From Ktedonobacterales bacterium (GTDB taxonomy: Bacteria > Chloroflexota > Ktedonobacteria > Ktedonobacterales > DATBGS01), in NCBI GenBank assembly GCA_036557885.1, contig DATBGS010000114.1, forward strand, positions 1 to 31,001: DNA of 31,001 nt, read 5' to 3'. A program made the translations under genes and the position numbers. The notes beneath the pieces are model-generated. The model was not told the origin of the DNA. It did no database searches and saw only the letters and a program-made list of their open reading frames with translations. Shown here piece after piece: positions 1 through 9,228 of this stretch. How positions within the stretch are numbered: position 1 is the stretch's first letter; each line of letters opens with the position of its first letter.

Positions 1-596
1 CAAAAACGTCTCAGCGCTACCTCCAGCAGCAAGCATTTCCTGGGTCTTTCCATCCAGCTGCGCAACCAGCGCGCCTGCTCGAACAACTCGTCGCACCTGC
101 TCTGCTCTGGCATTGAGTAAGCGCTGGTATTCCTGGGCAGCCCCCCAGGTCAGCACCGTAAACAGCAAAAACATCCCTGCCCCAGCCGCAAAATACATCG
201 GATAGAGCGAAGGCTCCTGAAGAAGCGGGCTGTTAGTAAACGCCTCTGTGACTCCTGGAAGCTGACCACTCAAGAGATTTTCCAGATATTCAACCGCCAC
301 CGCCCCGATGACCACCAGCCCCAGCGCCAGCCAGAGTACGCGAGTAACAGGCCAAAGCACGCGCAAGGGCACCCAAAAACCGCCAAAAAGGACATGGACT
401 ATCCGATCAAACCCAGTGGGCGGAAGCGGTGGAGGCAGATCCGCCACCCCTATCGTCTGAATACCCTGGGGCTTCGGCTTCTCAGCAGGGGCCACTTCCC
501 GCGATCTTGGCGCGCCTTGCACGTCTGACATGGAAGTTGAAGACATCGTTGGCCTCGATGGAGTCTGGCCCCAGGAGGGATTTTGCTGTGGCTGCA
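1..596 (-). CDS. hypothetical membrane protein, 3' end outside window
   Basis: Manual minus-strand translation: ATG at 596-594 (MERMQPQQNPSWGQTPSRPTMSSTSMSDVQGAP...), a Pro-rich N-terminus, then hydrophobic helices (VLWLALGLVVIGAVAV; MYFAAGAGMFLLFTVLTW). The frame stays open to the window edge. It is absent from the ORF track because there is no stop within the window. Confidence 0.4.
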
Positions 597-825
597 TTCT
601 CTCCATAGACAGTCCTTTCTGGGAGCCTTCACCAAAAGGGAACATCAAGCCCCAGACTCAAGGGCAAACCAATTACAGGGGCTTCTCAAATCTCCGCCTA
701 TTATGTAGCATGCGCCAGGACAAATCAAGTAACCAGGACTGCTGGATAGTCGGTAAGGTGCTTGCTCAACCAGCCAACCACGCCTGTTCAGCCTCATGTC
801 CCCAGGCACAGTTGGAGAATTGTTG

Positions 826-853
826 TTGCAAGTTCTCCAACATTCTATAGTAT
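826..853 (+). promoter_or_regulatory. putative sigma-70-type promoter for mogA (TTGCAA, 16 nt spacer, TAGTAT)
   Basis: -35 TTGCAA at 826-831 and -10 TAGTAT at 848-853, ~45 nt upstream of the mogA ATG. It overlaps a 6-bp hairpin (GGAGAA...TTCTCC, 817-841) and a tandem AGTATCTTC repeat. Confidence 0.25.
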
Positions 854-899
854 CTTCAGTATCTTCCATGAAATCTCGCTCATGTGAAAAGAGGCAACC

Positions 900-1415
900 A
901 TGTTCAGCGTTGGCATCCTGACCATCAGCACAAAAGGGGCGCGCGGTGAGCGCGAAGATACCAGCGGCGCTGCTATTCGTGAGATCATCTGTGCTCCAGC
1001 CATTGGAGGCCAGATAGCCGCCTACGAAGTCGTCCCCGATGATCGACCAACCATCGAAGCGCGTCTGCGGCAATGGGCCGATGAGCGTAAACTGCATCTC
1101 ATCCTCACCACCGGTGGCACCGGCTTAGGCCCCTACGATATGACGCCAGAAGCCACTCTGGCAGTGCTTGAGCGCCAGGCGCCAGGGATTGCCGAGGCCA
1201 TGCGGCTGGAAAGCCTGAAACATACTCCTTTCGGGATGCTTTCGCGCGCCGTTGCTGGAACACGCGGAACCACGCTGATTATCAATCTCCCTGGCAGTCC
1301 GAAAGGCGTCCGCGAATGCCTGGGCGCCATCCTGCCAGCACTCCCGCATGCTATCGGCCTTCTGACCAGCGAAATTACTGAGCACCTCCAAAAGCCGGAG
1401 GAGCACAAAACCTGA
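900..1415 (+). CDS. mogA: molybdopterin adenylyltransferase / molybdenum cofactor biosynthesis protein (MogA/MoaB family)
   Basis: 171-aa ORF with an ATG start and RBS aaagaggcaacc. It has the MogA/MoaB hallmark GGTG motif (LILTTGGTGLGPYDMTPEA) and is the typical size for the family. Confidence 0.88.
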   Translation: MFSVGILTISTKGARGEREDTSGAAIREIICAPAIGGQIAAYEVVPDDRPTIEARLRQWADERKLHLILTTGGTGLGPYDMTPEATLAVLERQAPGIAEAMRLESLKHTPFGMLSRAVAGTRGTTLIINLPGSPKGVRECLGAILPALPHAIGLLTSEITEHLQKPEEHKT

Positions 1416-1431
1416 AGCACACTGCTCTGTA

Positions 1432-3852
1432 TCACCAGAGGGACTGGCACAGAAAAGCAGAAAAAATGTAAGGGGCGTTCGCTGCGCCAGGTCTGGTGTC
1501 CTCTCTGCCCCAGACCACGCACGCAAACTGCCCCGGTGCGCTTTCGGCTAGCAAGAGTCGTGCCGAGGCATCGCCGAGGCATCTATGTATGGGGATGAAT
1601 ATCTGGGGTGAAGTCGGCAAAACGAGCGGGCATGAAAGCTGGAATGGCTGACCTGAAAGGCAGGACAACGGCAAAGGTTGCGAAATCCTTCTAGTTATCG
1701 CACCTGATACCAGGCGAAGCGGACCAATCACAGGTTCAACGCGCTGTGCTGCAACCGTGCGCACAGAAAGAGCCGCCAGCACTACGCTGTCTGGCAGCGC
1801 GGCGCCTGAACCAGGGAGGCTAAACCATGTGAGCAGCGTTTCGCCAACTTGAAGATGCCCCGGCGTGCATAGTGCTGTGGAGGCAGCGCCTGAAGCGTCG
1901 CTAGTGCCTGTCATGGGCTGAACGCTAAAGAGCAGGCTAAGCGGCTCCGCTCCCGTTCCGGTTGGCTCCTGGTATGTCTGGAGCACGCGCCACCGCAGCA
2001 CCACCAGGCGCTGCGGGCCTGGCAGAGCAACCATCCCTTCCAACGCCAGATGCTGATCTGCAACCACTGGCTGGCTCAGTGTCTGCTCCCCGGCAAGATG
2101 CAGGGTGGAACCATCCACGCGATAGAGATGATCAGGGGGCAGATCACGCACCGGCAAAGTCCTCAGCAATGTTGCTGCTGGCAGCGCAGCAAGCACCTTA
2201 TCAACCGCGCTTTCTTTTTGATCGAACGCAGTTACCACCACCGTTGGCAGCGCCGCTGCTGCTGGCAGTGCCAGGCACGATTCGGCGCTTTGCACCTCAA
2301 CTGCGCCTGGTTCATGCTCGGCCAGATACGCAAACGCGCTCTGTAAAAAGAGAGAACTGGCAACAATCGTGTGCTGAGCGCCGATTGCGTATGCCTCGTG
2401 TTGCCCGGCGCTCAGGCTGGCCTCCTCGGTATCCAGCCCGCGATAAGCCACCATCAGATGGCTGCTAGCCAACGCTTGAAGCCCCAGCAGCACAACAAGG
2501 CTACATACAAGAGCGCCTCGCCAGAGTATCCCTGGCAGCGCGCCCTGGAGTGAAAGAGCGATACTCGCCGGTGGCCTTCGCGCCAGGCGAACGCTTGCTG
2601 TGCTTATTGCCTCTAATAATTTTCCGCGCCGAACAACCCAGGCAAAACATACCCCCAGGGTAATGTAGGGAGCGGGAAAGAAAAGCACCATATAACACTG
2701 GCAATACCCCTGCGTGCGATGAATAAGCAAAAGCAGGGGCGCGGCCTGCCAGATGAACAAAAGAAGCGCGCCTCGCCATTCGGCAGCCTCGCGCACTTGC
2801 CAAAGCGCAACCGCTCCATCGCGCCGCATTGCTTGCAATGCTCGCAGCAGCGGCGCCCCTACCCACCAGCCCAGCCACCCCAACGCCAGCACATACGCGC
2901 CATTCATCAGCCAGCCCAGCCAGGCTGCACTTACCCCAAAAGGAAGCATGCCCTGAAAGCGCAGCACTGCTAATAATTGATCCAGACCCAGCAGATCATA
3001 GGTTGAGGAGGTAGCAAAAAAATGACGCAGCAGAACCCGCGTATCGGCCCAATTACTTACCAGTTCCCAGAGCAGCGTGGGCACATACAACAGCCCAATA
3101 CAAAGCAAGCCAATAACCAGACTCTTCCAGGGAATCCGGGGCCAGAGCAGCGCTAGACCCACCAGCGTGGTTGGAAGAAGATAGGCCATGATGGGATGAA
3201 GCTGGCTCAGCAGCCCCAGGACAATCAGATGCGGAACCAGCCAGCGCTTGCGTTTCTGGACAACCCCGGCATAAAGCGTCAGCAAATACACCAACAGAAA
3301 CGGAGCCACCGCCGTCTGCTGCCAGAAATAGCTGGAATAGAACACCGCCCAGGCCGAAGTCGCATACAGGGCCAGCGTTGCTCCCGCTGCCAGCCGCCCA
3401 AATGCCCGATCCACCACCACATAGGTCATGAGTAGTGCGACAAGATTTGCCAGCGCAATCATCCAGGCAGCACCCAGCGGGCTACCAGCAGCAGCAAACG
3501 GCAAATACAGATAGATTGAGAACGGAGCATTCAGCGTCCCAATGGATGAACGAATACCCGTGACTGGCAATCCGCCGTCTTTCAAGGCAGCCTGGCCGAG
3601 TTGGAGCAGCGCCACTTGATCATCCAAAAATAAGGTGTGATGCAAATCAGCCAGGCGCAGCCAGGCGCCCACTACCAGACCCAGCCAAAGCTCCCACCGC
3701 TTGTACCATTGGTACGCCAAGGCAGATCTGAAGACGCCCGCGCCCCATGCTCGCCAACGTGGTGCCACTGAAACCGGGATGGCTTCCTGGTGATTGCGCA
3801 GCGGGTCACGCGCAATCGTGTGTGGTACTGCGTCTCCAGAACCTGCTCGCAT
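1432..3852 (-). CDS. polytopic membrane glycosyltransferase (GT-C fold, PMT_2/ArnT-like) with a large C-terminal extracytoplasmic domain
   Basis: Continuous minus-strand ORF, 1432..3969 with a GTG at 3969; the first in-frame ATG is at 3852 (MRAGSGD...). There are more than 10 hydrophobic helices. A DD motif sits in the first loop (LFLDDQVALLQLGQ), as in GT39/GT83 enzymes. A ~400-aa Ala/Leu/Pro-rich C-terminal region follows. The start is uncertain (3852 vs 3969). Confidence 0.6.
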   Translation of the reverse strand: MRAGSGDAVPHTIARDPLRNHQEAIPVSVAPRWRAWGAGVFRSALAYQWYKRWELWLGLVVGAWLRLADLHHTLFLDDQVALLQLGQAALKDGGLPVTGIRSSIGTLNAPFSIYLYLPFAAAGSPLGAAWMIALANLVALLMTYVVVDRAFGRLAAGATLALYATSAWAVFYSSYFWQQTAVAPFLLVYLLTLYAGVVQKRKRWLVPHLIVLGLLSQLHPIMAYLLPTTLVGLALLWPRIPWKSLVIGLLCIGLLYVPTLLWELVSNWADTRVLLRHFFATSSTYDLLGLDQLLAVLRFQGMLPFGVSAAWLGWLMNGAYVLALGWLGWWVGAPLLRALQAMRRDGAVALWQVREAAEWRGALLLFIWQAAPLLLLIHRTQGYCQCYMVLFFPAPYITLGVCFAWVVRRGKLLEAISTASVRLARRPPASIALSLQGALPGILWRGALVCSLVVLLGLQALASSHLMVAYRGLDTEEASLSAGQHEAYAIGAQHTIVASSLFLQSAFAYLAEHEPGAVEVQSAESCLALPAAAALPTVVVTAFDQKESAVDKVLAALPAATLLRTLPVRDLPPDHLYRVDGSTLHLAGEQTLSQPVVADQHLALEGMVALPGPQRLVVLRWRVLQTYQEPTGTGAEPLSLLFSVQPMTGTSDASGAASTALCTPGHLQVGETLLTWFSLPGSGAALPDSVVLAALSVRTVAAQRVEPVIGPLRLVSGAITRRISQPLPLSCLSGQPFQLSCPLVLPTSPQIFIPIHRCLGDASARLLLAESAPGQFACVVWGREDTRPGAANAPYIFSAFLCQSLW

Positions 3853-4079
3853 CGTCTGCCTTTCACGAGAACCTGAAGCATTACCTATGCCGCTCTCAAG
3901 GACGTGCTGGCAGAGTGGAATGTAACAACATGGCTGGGAATGCCTGCGTGCAAAAACATGGCAACACACTGCACAGCCACACGCTGCACATAGGAGCGAG
4001 GCCGGAAAGCCTATTCATTAAGCCTTCCAGCCTCGCTGTTGTGAGGAGGGAACAGGGCGAAAAAGTTCTGCGTGGCCTC

Positions 4080-4286
4080 TTATGCCTCAATCTTACCCTG
4101 TTGATAGAGCCAGCGGACAAACTCCAACCGACGCTGCTCAGGCGGGTTATCAACGTATGTTCCGCGGGAATAATGATCGCGGCAAGACATCAAAAAAGTA
4201 ATCTGGTCCTGGTCAAATCCCTGCTCGCGGAGTTGTTGTATCTCTTCATCAGAACTGATGGTTGATTTCGCTGGAAGCATTGTCAT
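4080..4286 (-). CDS. small hypothetical protein (68 aa)
   Basis: ATG at 4286 with RBS GCGAGGTAT immediately upstream. The composition is balanced and non-GC-skewed (MTMLPAKSTISSDEEIQQLREQGFDQDQITFLM...RWLYQQGKIEA). It is preferred over the overlapping plus ORF 3747..4265, which reads like antisense junk. Confidence 0.45.
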   Translation of the reverse strand: MTMLPAKSTISSDEEIQQLREQGFDQDQITFLMSCRDHYSRGTYVDNPPEQRRLEFVRWLYQQGKIEA

Positions 4287-4502
4287 ATACCTCGCTTTTG
4301 GGTACTAGAACCCGATAATGGCTGCTCCTGTCATAGCAGGGGCGACTTTTTACTTCCTACTAATAAGTACGAATCCGCTGGCTTTGGGTTACATTTCCTT
4401 CACATTTCTATTCTGATAATACCCGCCTACAACGGAAAACGCTGTAAGGCATCTCACTTTCCCGGAGTGACCCTCACAATGTTCTCCGTCCCTGGTACAC
4501 CA

Positions 4503-4575
4503 GGTCAAAATAGCAAGAGCCAGGCAGCAGCTACTTCTCTCGTTCGAAATCGGAAGTAGCTGCTGCCTGGCTCTT
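4503..4575 (-). terminator. intrinsic terminator-like perfect 23-bp hairpin downstream of the histidine kinase gene
   Basis: Left arm AAGAGCCAGGCAGCAGCTACTTC (4515-4537), 15-nt loop, perfect complement GAAGTAGCTGCTGCCTGGCTCTT (4553-4575). On the minus strand the stem is followed by GCUAUUUUGA. It lies 32 nt past the HK stop (4607). Confidence 0.5.
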
Positions 4576-4606
4576 AACGTATCACCTGGAGCATCGCGGA
4601 AAAGTA

Positions 4607-6202
4607 TCAGGAGGCGCGTGAACTCACCGCGCTCCCGCTCCCCTGTTGCTCATCTGGCGGTGTCAATTGACGGGGCAAGGCGAACGCAAACGTGACCCCA
4701 GCCTCTTGCTCATGACGCTCTGCCCAGATGCGCCCTCCGTGCAATTGAAGAATAGCCTGGGCATGATACAGGCTGACCCCAATTCCATCAACGTGCTGCG
4801 CGCCCGGCGAGATTGGCTGATGAAAACGCTCAAAAAGGTGCTCAATCTGTTCAGAAGGTATCCCCTCACCTTGATCGCTCACGGTAACAAGATATTCCTC
4901 GTCACGCGCCAGCAGACTCACCTCCACCACACCGCCTTCTGGCGAATATTTCATGGCATTCTCCAGCAGATTCCCAAGAATCGAGCGCAGTCGCTCCCGA
5001 TCAGCACACAGCATCGTCTTCTCTGCCATATGACACAGTGTGATCTCGTGCTGCTCAGCGGAAAGCTGAACTGATCGAACCGTTTGCTCGATGAGTTCGG
5101 CCAGATCAAAACAGTGAAGCTGCACCCGAAGTTTGCCCCGCTGCAACATAGAAACATCCAGCAGCGTATTTACCAGACGTTCAAGATGTTCTGCCTCACT
5201 CTGAATAATCTCCAAAGAGCGCTGCTCGTACTTGATAGAAGAGATCTGCTTTGCCTGCTCATCGCTGCCCTGGCTGCCAATCTCTGCCAGTTTCCGCTCA
5301 GTCCTCCGCAGCAAATGCTGGGTAAAACCCTTGATCGGCGTCAAGGGCGTGCGCAACTCGTGCGAAACGGTGGAGAGAAATTGATCTTTCCATTGCTCAA
5401 TTTGCTGACGTTCTGTGTGTACCTCTTCCCAAAGACGCTGCTGCGCCTGCATCAGGTGCGCATGCTCTAACGCCGCCGCCGCCGCATCCAATAAAACCGC
5501 CAGTAACTCTGCCTGCTCTGCTGGCGCCTTCTCAGCATGCTCGCCAGCTATCCCAAGCACGCCAGCACACGTTCCATAACGCGCAAGCGGATGGACAAGC
5601 AAGAACTCCAGATGCTCAGCCGAGGCAGGCAACAAATGGCTCTGCCGCTTCTCCAGAACATCAACCACCTGGCTTTGGATGAGAGATGCGCGTTCCACTG
5701 GCGGGAGGCCATGCAGCATGCCCTCATGCTCTAAACGTTTGATAGTTTCTTCTAAAAAGCGCTCGCTTAAAGCATACTGGGCAGCGGCATAGAATTCGTA
5801 CTGTCCCGCTTCTTCACGCAGCAATACAGAGCAAGCGGTAAAGTGATGAATTCGTTTCAAGCTGCTCAAGAGCGCTTGCAGCACCTCTTGAGGCCTGGTC
5901 GCCGCTGCAAACGCCTGAACAGTTTCGCGGATCAAGCGCACCTGTTCAGGCGCCGAAAGCGTCTGTGTATAGCTGGAAGGGGCAAGCAAGGTTGCCTGAT
6001 CACGGGTGGGCTGGGGATGGGTGTTGCGCGCCGGATGAAAAGGTGGCGGTGGCACAGGGGCCAGGGGAGGAAACATCGGCAGCAAAGCAGAGGCTTCTGG
6101 CTCTGATTGAGAGCAATCAAGTGAGTGAGATAGAGCATCGAGATTCTGCACAAAACGTCTCCTCAAAGCTATTGCGAGTGTTGCCGCTCCGCCTGCTCGC
6201 AA
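4607..6202 (-). CDS. sensor histidine kinase with N-terminal GAF-like sensory region (HisKA + HATPase_c)
   Basis: H-box FLSTVSHELRTPLTPIKGF. ATPase motifs LGNLLENAMKYSP (N-box), DQGEGIP (G1) and GIGVSLY (G2). The sensory domain is ~250 aa. The track start at 6202 is TTG; the first ATG is at 6076 (MFPPLAPVPPPP...), so the true start is uncertain. No cognate response regulator is adjacent. Confidence 0.85.
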   Translation of the reverse strand: MRAGGAATLAIALRRRFVQNLDALSHSLDCSQSEPEASALLPMFPPLAPVPPPPFHPARNTHPQPTRDQATLLAPSSYTQTLSAPEQVRLIRETVQAFAAATRPQEVLQALLSSLKRIHHFTACSVLLREEAGQYEFYAAAQYALSERFLEETIKRLEHEGMLHGLPPVERASLIQSQVVDVLEKRQSHLLPASAEHLEFLLVHPLARYGTCAGVLGIAGEHAEKAPAEQAELLAVLLDAAAAALEHAHLMQAQQRLWEEVHTERQQIEQWKDQFLSTVSHELRTPLTPIKGFTQHLLRRTERKLAEIGSQGSDEQAKQISSIKYEQRSLEIIQSEAEHLERLVNTLLDVSMLQRGKLRVQLHCFDLAELIEQTVRSVQLSAEQHEITLCHMAEKTMLCADRERLRSILGNLLENAMKYSPEGGVVEVSLLARDEEYLVTVSDQGEGIPSEQIEHLFERFHQPISPGAQHVDGIGVSLYHAQAILQLHGGRIWAERHEQEAGVTFAFALPRQLTPPDEQQGSGSAVSSRAS

Positions 6203-6346
6203 ACTCTGTGCCAGAATCGCCCCCCGTCTCTTTCAATTCCCCTGCCGCTTGATACTGACCCATCTGGCGCTCTTCGTTTCGGTACTTTTTTCCCAATTCC
6301 TCTTGAAGACGACTTGCGAGACTAGACGTTGCAATGAACAAGACCT

Positions 6347-6352
6347 TATAAT
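6347..6352 (+). promoter_or_regulatory. possible -10 element (TATAAT) upstream of ftsH
   Basis: A perfect TATAAT sits ~160 nt upstream of the ftsH ATG. The only nearby -35-like hexamer (TTGCAA) is at 12-nt spacing, so the assignment is weak. Confidence 0.2.
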
Positions 6353-6512
6353 GGGCGCGAGAGAAAACCTCTCACCCACCAAGGGTTCAACTGTCACCAC
6401 GCACTGCGTCCCCTTCTAGCTACAGCGTATTAGCGTCCTATTTCATTGCAAAGCCACTCACCTCTATGCGAGAGTCGGTTGTTGTTGGGAAGAAGAAGGA
6501 TCTCACAAGCGC

Positions 6513-8426
6513 ATGAAGAGATATACCAGATCACCAAAGAACGAACCTATGAAACCGCCAAAATCGCCCAAGACCCACAAACCCTCTGACCCAGACCCCA
6601 GGCGCCCGCTGCGTGTACCGCTGCGCCTTGGCATCCCCATTATCTTGCTCATTGTGCTTGGCATGGGGGCACTTTTCTGGGTAGCTTCCAACAGCGACGA
6701 CAGCGACGCCTATAAACAGGTTCCCATTACCCAGATTTTGACGCTGGCCGATAATCATCAGGTGCTACAGGCCACTATCACTGGGGACCAGCTCCAGGTG
6801 ACGACAAAAGACCATCAAAAGCTGACTGCGACCAAGGAATCGCAGGATTCTGTCACAGACCGCCTGGCAAAAGACGGAGTACAAGTGACGGTTGCCCCAG
6901 CCACTGATAACCTCAGTCGCTGGTCGCAGATTGCCATCAATGTCATCTTGCTGTTGCTGATTCTGGGCTTCATCGTTGTCCTGATTCGCCGCAATGCTGT
7001 TGGCGGCGGGCAGGCGGTACCCTTTGGTCGCAGCAAAGCAAAACGCTTTAGCGAATCGCGCCCTTCGGTGCTCTTTCAGGATGTCGCGGGCGTTCAGGAA
7101 GCCAAACAAGAGCTTGAAGAGATTGTCATGTTCCTGAAGCACCCCGAAAAATTTGTTTCGATAGGCGCGCGCATCCCCAAGGGGGTGCTGCTCGTCGGCC
7201 CTCCAGGGACCGGCAAAACACTCATTAGCCGCGCCGTCGCTGGGGAGGCTGGTGTTGCCTTTTACAGCGTCAGTGGCTCCGAGTTTGTCGAAATGTTTGT
7301 GGGCGTGGGCGCTTCTCGCGTGCGCGATCTGTTTCACACCGCCAAAGAAAACGCGCCCTGCATCATCTTTATTGACGAGATTGATGCCGTTGGGCGACAA
7401 CGCGGCGCTATGCCGACCACCGGCAACGACGAACGCGAACAAACCCTCAATCAGTTGTTGGTCGAGATGGATGGCTTCGACAAGAACACCAATGTGATCA
7501 TCATTGCCGCCACCAACCGGCCTGATGTGCTTGATCCGGCCTTGCTCCGGCCTGGGCGCTTTGACCGTACCATCACCCTGGAAAAGCCCGACATCAACGG
7601 GCGCAAGCAGATTCTGGCTGTCCACGCGCAAGACAAACCACTTGACCCAGAAGTGGACCTGGGGCGCCTGGCCCGTCAAACTGCTGGATTTTCCGGCGCA
7701 GACCTGGCGAACCTGGTAAACGAAGCCGCATTGCTGGCTGCGCGGCATGACCGTTCCTCGATCAATAACACCGATCTGGAAGAGTCTATCCTACGTGTCG
7801 TCGCGGGGCCGGAACGCAAGAGTCGTGTCATCACTGAATCAGAGAAAGCGATCATCGCTTATCATGAAGTCGGGCATGCCATCGTCATGCGCTCGCTGCC
7901 CGGCTCTGACCCGGTGCAGAAGGTTTCGGCCATTGCGCGCGGCATGGCACTGGGTATTACGGTGTCTGCGCCAGCCGAGGACCGCTATTTAATGCGCCGC
8001 TCCGAATTGCTGGCGAAGATGGCCGGGTTGATGGGGGGCCGCGCTGCCGAAGAGATTATTTTTGGCGACATCACAACTGGTGCCTCCAACGACATCGAAC
8101 GGGTCACGGGTCTTGCCCGCAAAATGGTGTGCGAGTTTGGCATGAGTCCCCTGGGCCACATCCAATTCAAATCACCTGAAGAAGGCGGCGTGCTCAGTCA
8201 AGAGACCGCCGCGCGGGTTGATACCGAAATCAGCCTCCTGGTAGATCAGGCGTATCAAACCGCCAAAGACATCCTGCTCCAGCGCAAGGACAAGTTGGTC
8301 GTCATCTCCGATCATCTGATGGAGGTCGAAACGATTGATGGCGAGGAGCTTGACCGCCTGCTCAACGACCAGGAAGAAGACAACACCCTTCAGGGACTTG
8401 CCATCAGAAGCGATGCGGTTGCCTAG
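6513..8426 (+). CDS. ftsH: ATP-dependent zinc metalloprotease FtsH
   Basis: Two N-terminal TM segments, the AAA+ Walker [10 protein letters not shown], the second region of homology, and the HEVGH zinc-binding motif (HEVGHAIV). RBS gaagaagaagga precedes the ATG. Confidence 0.95.
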   Translation: MKRYTRSPKNEPMKPPKSPKTHKPSDPDPRRPLRVPLRLGIPIILLIVLGMGALFWVASNSDDSDAYKQVPITQILTLADNHQVLQATITGDQLQVTTKDHQKLTATKESQDSVTDRLAKDGVQVTVAPATDNLSRWSQIAINVILLLLILGFIVVLIRRNAVGGGQAVPFGRSKAKRFSESRPSVLFQDVAGVQEAKQELEEIVMFLKHPEKFVSIGARIPKGVLLVGPPGTGKTLISRAVAGEAGVAFYSVSGSEFVEMFVGVGASRVRDLFHTAKENAPCIIFIDEIDAVGRQRGAMPTTGNDEREQTLNQLLVEMDGFDKNTNVIIIAATNRPDVLDPALLRPGRFDRTITLEKPDINGRKQILAVHAQDKPLDPEVDLGRLARQTAGFSGADLANLVNEAALLAARHDRSSINNTDLEESILRVVAGPERKSRVITESEKAIIAYHEVGHAIVMRSLPGSDPVQKVSAIARGMALGITVSAPAEDRYLMRRSELLAKMAGLMGGRAAEEIIFGDITTGASNDIERVTGLARKMVCEFGMSPLGHIQFKSPEEGGVLSQETAARVDTEISLLVDQAYQTAKDILLQRKDKLVVISDHLMEVETIDGEELDRLLNDQEEDNTLQGLAIRSDAVA

Positions 8427-8433
8427 AAATGGT

Positions 8434-8470
8434 GCGATGGGTTGCAGCAGCGCTTGTCTGGACCCATCGC
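8434..8470 (+). terminator. perfect 9-bp stem hairpin (GCGATGGGT...ACCCATCGC) directly after ftsH stop
   Basis: GCGATGGGT at 8434-8442 pairs with ACCCATCGC at 8462-8470. The loop is 19 nt and ATTTGCTTCT follows. Either a weak intrinsic terminator or a leader structure for thpR. Confidence 0.3.
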
Positions 8471-8519
8471 ATTTGCTTCTGGCAAGCACGTTTCTCCTGG
8501 TAGAGACGATGCTGAATCA

Positions 8520-9128
8520 ATGACACGCACATTTATTGCTGTTGAACTGGACGAAGAAGTCCGCGCTTACCTTGAGCACGAGCTACGCAGGCTAAGCGCG
8601 CTCTTGCCCCAGGTGCGCTGGGTAGACCCGGCCACTTTACATCTGACGCTGGCCTTTCTGGGCGAGCTAGACGATCAAAGGCTGGCCCAGGCGACTGAAG
8701 CCGCTTTGGAGACGGCACGCCAGGGCAAGCCGTTTACGCTGCGATTGTCCTCGCTTGGCACATTTGGGCCACGCTACCAGCCACGAGTCGTCTGGGTTGG
8801 TATTGCAGGGAACCTCCCGCGCCTCCTGGAACTCCAGGCAGCACTGGTTGCCTCCCTGACCAGCCGAGCTTTTCCTCCCGAAGAACGTGCCTACAGCCCA
8901 CACCTCACCCTGGCACGTCTGAAAGACCCACTCAGCAAGCCAGACCTTGCCACCTTGCAACGGATTCTCGCTTCATCTCAGTCTGCGCAAACTGCCTCCA
9001 GCCACGCATCATCCTCACCCAAAAGCACGCCTCCCGCTCTCCCAGTTGCCCAGATCAGCGTAATGAAGAGCGAATCATTTCCCGGTGGTCCACACTACAC
9101 CTGCTTACAGAGTTGCCCACTCGGTTGA
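8520..9128 (+). CDS. thpR: RNA 2',3'-cyclic phosphodiesterase / 2'-5' RNA ligase (2H phosphoesterase, ThpR/LigT)
   Basis: Two H-x-T-x motifs characteristic of the 2H family (HLTLAFLG and HLTLARLK). The start was re-assigned to the in-frame ATG at 8520 (MTRTFIAVELDEE), since the track start at 8442 adds 26 non-conserved residues. Confidence 0.85.
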   Translation: MTRTFIAVELDEEVRAYLEHELRRLSALLPQVRWVDPATLHLTLAFLGELDDQRLAQATEAALETARQGKPFTLRLSSLGTFGPRYQPRVVWVGIAGNLPRLLELQAALVASLTSRAFPPEERAYSPHLTLARLKDPLSKPDLATLQRILASSQSAQTASSHASSSPKSTPPALPVAQISVMKSESFPGGPHYTCLQSCPLG

Positions 9129-9165
9129 CAGATAGCTCCAGACACACCTCAAACGCAAGGCAGGC

Positions 9166-9194
9166 TTGACACTCCACCTCCTACCTGATAGCAT
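9166..9194 (+). promoter_or_regulatory. putative promoter (TTGACA, 17 nt spacer, TAGCAT) for the DUF2877 gene
   Basis: A consensus -35 TTGACA at 9166-9171 with a -10-like TAGCAT at 9189-9194, ~35 nt upstream of ATG 9229. Confidence 0.3.
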
Positions 9195-9228
9195 AAGCAA
9201 GGAAAGGCTGGAAAGATCAAGAGGGCAG

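Noticed and set aside
600-899. Moco riboswitch upstream of mogA
   Set aside because: I could not recognise the conserved Moco RNA motif core, and the putative promoter leaves only a ~45-nt leader. An Rfam scan would settle it.
645-1582. Minus-strand ORFs 645..1097, 1125..1526 and 1133..1582, and plus ORF 530..850, overlapping mogA and its upstream region
   Set aside because: They lie antisense to, or out of frame with, the well-supported mogA gene. Their products are Arg/Ala/Gly/Pro-rich, as expected for spurious frames in ~60% GC DNA, and they have no RBS.
3747-4265. 172-aa plus-strand ORF
   Set aside because: The product has antisense-like composition and no family resemblance. It overlaps the better-supported minus-strand 68-aa ORF (which has an RBS) and the 5' end of the glycosyltransferase gene.
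6765-7748. 327-aa minus-strand ORF inside ftsH
   Set aside because: It is antisense to the unambiguous FtsH coding sequence. Long antisense ORFs are typical of high-GC genes.
8442-8519. Upstream extension of thpR from the track start at 8442
   Set aside because: The first 26 residues (MQQRLSGPIAFASGKHVSPGRDDAES) overlap the ftsH-distal hairpin and do not resemble 2H-family N-termini, which begin close to the first H-x-T motif. ATG 8520 gives the standard architecture.
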